Positions 6,845 to 7,188 of a DNA stretch of 7,188 nt are shown one piece after another. The stretch is from assembly GCF_006345805.1 (NCBI RefSeq), contig NW_021828928.1:1-7188 (forward strand), read 5' to 3'. Source of the stretch: Octopus sinensis. Lineage: Eukaryota. Both the position numbers and the translations under genes were made by a program. How positions within the stretch are numbered: the first letter of the stretch is position 1; every line of letters starts with the position of its first letter. A model generated the notes under the pieces. It searched no databases and had not been told where the DNA came from. It saw nothing but the letters and a program-made list of their open reading frames with translations.

Positions 6845-7188
6845 ATGGAGAAGATTAATGAAGAAAACAAAATATTGGCTCTCATTCCTGCCACAGTCTG
6901 TGATACAACAGCAATTTATAAGGAAACTACACCAATTATTACCCAAATATTACACACACAAAACACAAAGAAAACAGAAGAACAGGAAAGAAAAGACACA
7001 AAGAAATCTAAAGAACAGGAAAAGTCCATGTTACCAAGTTTCCTTCATATTGTGACATGTTACCGAACACTAATCAAAACAGACCACATCAATACGTTTA
7101 TAGATTATGTAAAGGATAAATGTAATCACATGGACTCTCTGGGATTAAATGGATCTCGAATTTTACGTAATATCAAACGTAAAATGCC
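6845..7188 (+). CDS. 5' part of an unidentified protein (>=114 aa, runs off the window): MEKINEENKILALIPATVCDTTAIYKETTPIITQILHTQNTKKTEEQERKDTKKSKEQEKSMLPSFLHIVTCYRTLIKTDHINTFIDYVKDKCNHMDSLGLNGSRILRNIKRKM
   Basis: ATG in strong context (AAAATGG), in-frame TAA upstream at 6827-6829, and no stop in 114 codons of very AT-rich DNA. It contains a frame-preserving 33-nt internal duplication and lies just after a canonical acceptor. Absent from the ORF track, probably because no stop falls in the window. Confidence 0.65.
   Translation, partial: MEKINEENKILALIPATVCDTTAIYKETTPIITQILHTQNTKKTEEQERKDTKKSKEQEKSMLPSFLHIVTCYRTLIKTDHINTFIDYVKDKCNHMDSLGLNGSRILRNIKRKM

Noticed and set aside
6765-7055. 96-aa + ORF (MYSKGRKQ...) and 6731-6946 minus ORF
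   Set aside because: The + ORF starts at TTG, not ATG. Both overlap the longer ATG-initiated frame at 6845 and look like shadow frames of A-rich sequence.

Overview
AT-rich eukaryotic, repeat-dense DNA. The SINE/LINE families look like octopus (cephalopod) repeats; this assignment is from memory and was not searched. A + strand donor (AG|GTACGT, 58|59) and a canonical acceptor (CTAAT...TTTCAG, 6727) suggest 59-6727 is one ~6.7-kb intron. It contains tRNA-headed SINEs of two families: family A has three pieces with swapped 3' bodies, and family B has four copies nested in (ATT)n. It also holds a ~555-bp headless element flanked by (ATT)n, a 5'-truncated decayed RTE-clade LINE on the minus strand whose ORF carries a C4HC3 PHD finger inside the RT C-terminal region, a second RTE-type 3' tail, and many microsatellites. 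Main highlights: (i) a ~230-nt intronic fold-back (6219-6448) whose 76-bp ungapped core has 10 of 10 transition differences forming G-U pairs on the + strand; (ii) a 65-nt pre-miRNA-like hairpin (4805-4869); (iii) an ORF of at least 114 codons (6845 to the window end) missed by the ORF track, lying 106 nt behind an ATG-TAA that would also end a spliced upstream frame (...KYKLRNQI-AFM*), so a uORF or bicistronic arrangement is possible. Most ORFs in the supplied track are repeat artefacts.
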